Positions 62,301-64,000 of a stretch of 64,000 nt of DNA are shown piece by piece. A program made the position numbers and the translations under genes. The notes under the pieces were generated by a model. It saw only the letters and a program-made list of their open reading frames with translations. It was not told where the DNA came from and searched no databases. The DNA is from Azolla caroliniana (Eukaryota > Plantae > Polypodiophyta). The stretch covers positions 10,726,001 through 10,790,000 of the forward strand of contig JBHGNT010000007.1 of NCBI GenBank assembly GCA_043228905.1, read 5' to 3'. Positions within the stretch are counted from its first letter, which is position 1. Every line of letters begins with the position of its first letter.

Positions 62301-63042
62301 CAGATATTCTTTTAAACTTGGCAATGGAGCGATCTCATGGAAGTCAAAACTTCAGGAGTGCGCCGCCACATCTACGACCAAGGCTGAATATGTAGCCGCG
62401 TCTGCTGCAACAAAAGAGGCCTTATGGCTTGGTCGGCCGGCCTACATGTTTCGACAAGCCGAAATCGGCTTGGCTCCAATTGTTTAAAGTGACAGTCAGG
62501 GTGTTGTTGCTCTATCGAAAAATCCGGTTCATCACAACACCTCCAATCATATTGATGTTCGATATCATTTCGTTCGGGACTATGTCATTTCAAGGAAAAT
62601 TGGCCTTGAGAAGGTACCTACAACCGATAATGTTGTGGATGCAATGACCAAGTGTTTCTCGGCGGATCGATCCTAATCCCTTCGCCATTGAATGGGTGTA
62701 ATGAAGAATCAGTCGGATTAAATAGGACACCCAGGATGTTTCTCAAACAATAGACCTAGATAGTTCGAACTTCAGCTTCAGTGTGTCCAAACTTAGCCAA
62801 TTCGGCCTTCTACTCTTCGGAGTTCGCCGACTTGAACGAATTCTCAACTGTTCGGAAACCTTGTATCAATCTGTATTGTACGTTCATTTCGGTTTACAGA
62901 TTTCAGATGTATATGCCCATTATGGGGGAGTGTTGAATACAGGTTTCAAATGGACGTATTCACAACGTCTCCTTTGTACACACTAGGCTTAGGCTACTTA
63001 TGTAAATAGTGAGAAGGGCAGTTGCCCTAACTCAGTCAGTAT

Positions 63043-63860
63043 CATGGTTGTTTACGTACTCGTATTTAACGTTTAAATACGTATAGTACCTCATCATTTG
63101 TATAGTACGTACTATACCTCAATGTTGTTCAGTCAAATATCATGTACGTTTGTCCAATACGGTATTTAATGTATTTATAAAAAAACTGGTATAATATGTA
63201 TTTATAAAGACAATGTAAGTAAAACTCTAACAAAAAGCAAAAGCAAAAAAATATTTTAGTGAAAAAGAAGCCAAAGGAAGGAAGAACGAAGAATAGAAGA
63301 GACGACGATGAAGAAGAAGAAGAAGAGAGAAAAGAAGACATAAACCTGTCTTGAGTGTGATAATCGCAAAAGATAGAAGAAGAAGAAGAAGAAAAGAGAA
63401 ACCTATCATGAACGTGATAATCGTAGACAATTCCTCAATCTATCAAGGCATAATTGTAAATAATTACAATTTGAAGTAGAACATCGTGATACACACTTAC
63501 ACTGATTTATAGAATAAGGGAATGTCAACATCCATATTACTACAAGTATTTTAGGATGTGAAATGTTCAAATGTCTTATATGCATTTTAGGATGTAGAAC
63601 TATATTGTACATCACAAAAATGTGTAAACATAGATGTTTTTTACAATATTATAGATATTTTTTAGAAAGGTAAATAATTTTCAAATTCTAGAAGTATTTA
63701 ACGTACTATACGTAAAATACGTATTTAACGTATTTTATAAGTATTTAACATATTAAGAAAAAGTATTTAACGTATTTTTAAATTGGGAGGTACTATACGG
63801 GTATTAATACGTTAAATACGTACAGTATCCGTACCGTACCTAACGTACCTAACAACCTTG
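63043..63860. mobile_element. hAT-type non-autonomous element (818 bp) in the copia 3' LTR
   Basis: 8-bp TSD gtcagtat, TIR CA(T/A)GGTTGTT and TACGTA subterminal repeats. The empty site is visible in the 5' LTR at about 44850. Confidence 0.92.
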
Positions 63861-63938
63861 GTCAGTATATAAACTTACTGTGTAACCTAGTGGTTGTTGT
63901 TGTTCTTTGTGGCTATTGCAATATATTCTAAGTTGTGC

Positions 63939-63941
<3 letters not shown>

Positions 63942-63980
<39 letters not shown>
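63942..63980. repeat. (CT)n microsatellite in the copia 3' LTR, longer than in the 5' LTR copy
   Basis: Direct reading versus 44931-44951. Confidence 0.9.
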
Positions 63981-63984
<4 letters not shown>

Positions 63985-64000
63985 CACTAGTTGCATTCCT

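Larger units (their letters stand above)
44746..64000 (+). mobile_element. Degenerate Ty1/copia element: 5' LTR 44746-45082, 3' LTR from 62931 running off the window; split by the chromovirus at 46258-59352
   Basis: Matching LTRs (tgttgaatac...), gag KFDGSNFNFWK (45704), protease/INT/RT/RH at 59676-62720, and PPT tgggggag at 62923-62930. Confidence 0.92.

Overview
Land-plant nuclear DNA, probably a fern or other seed-free plant (inferred from the TE lineages and the style of the PPR fragments). It holds one intact host gene, an 8-exon AUX1/LAX auxin influx carrier (+, 36380-39881, 499 aa), among heavily nested and CG/CHG-deaminated transposons. Left of the gene are tRNA-Trp-primed Ty3/gypsy elements, several Ty1/copia elements, and a full-length LINE with a 3' PPR transduction. 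Right of the gene is a five-layer nest: gypsy fragment < copia < Tcn1-like chromovirus < Trp-gypsy < structurally complete copia. Solo LTRs and hAT MITEs with clear target-site duplications (TSDs) are also present. Most interesting signals: (1) antisense tRNA-like Pol III A/B-box cassettes in the U3 of LTRs from three gypsy families; (2) TGTCG-ended gypsy LTRs that sit at a CpG-centred 4-bp target at all five scorable junctions; (3) a Tf1-type self-priming signature in the chromovirus; (4) captured PPR and nucleotide-sugar-transporter fragments. Boundaries and mismatch counts were read by eye and no database searches were run.
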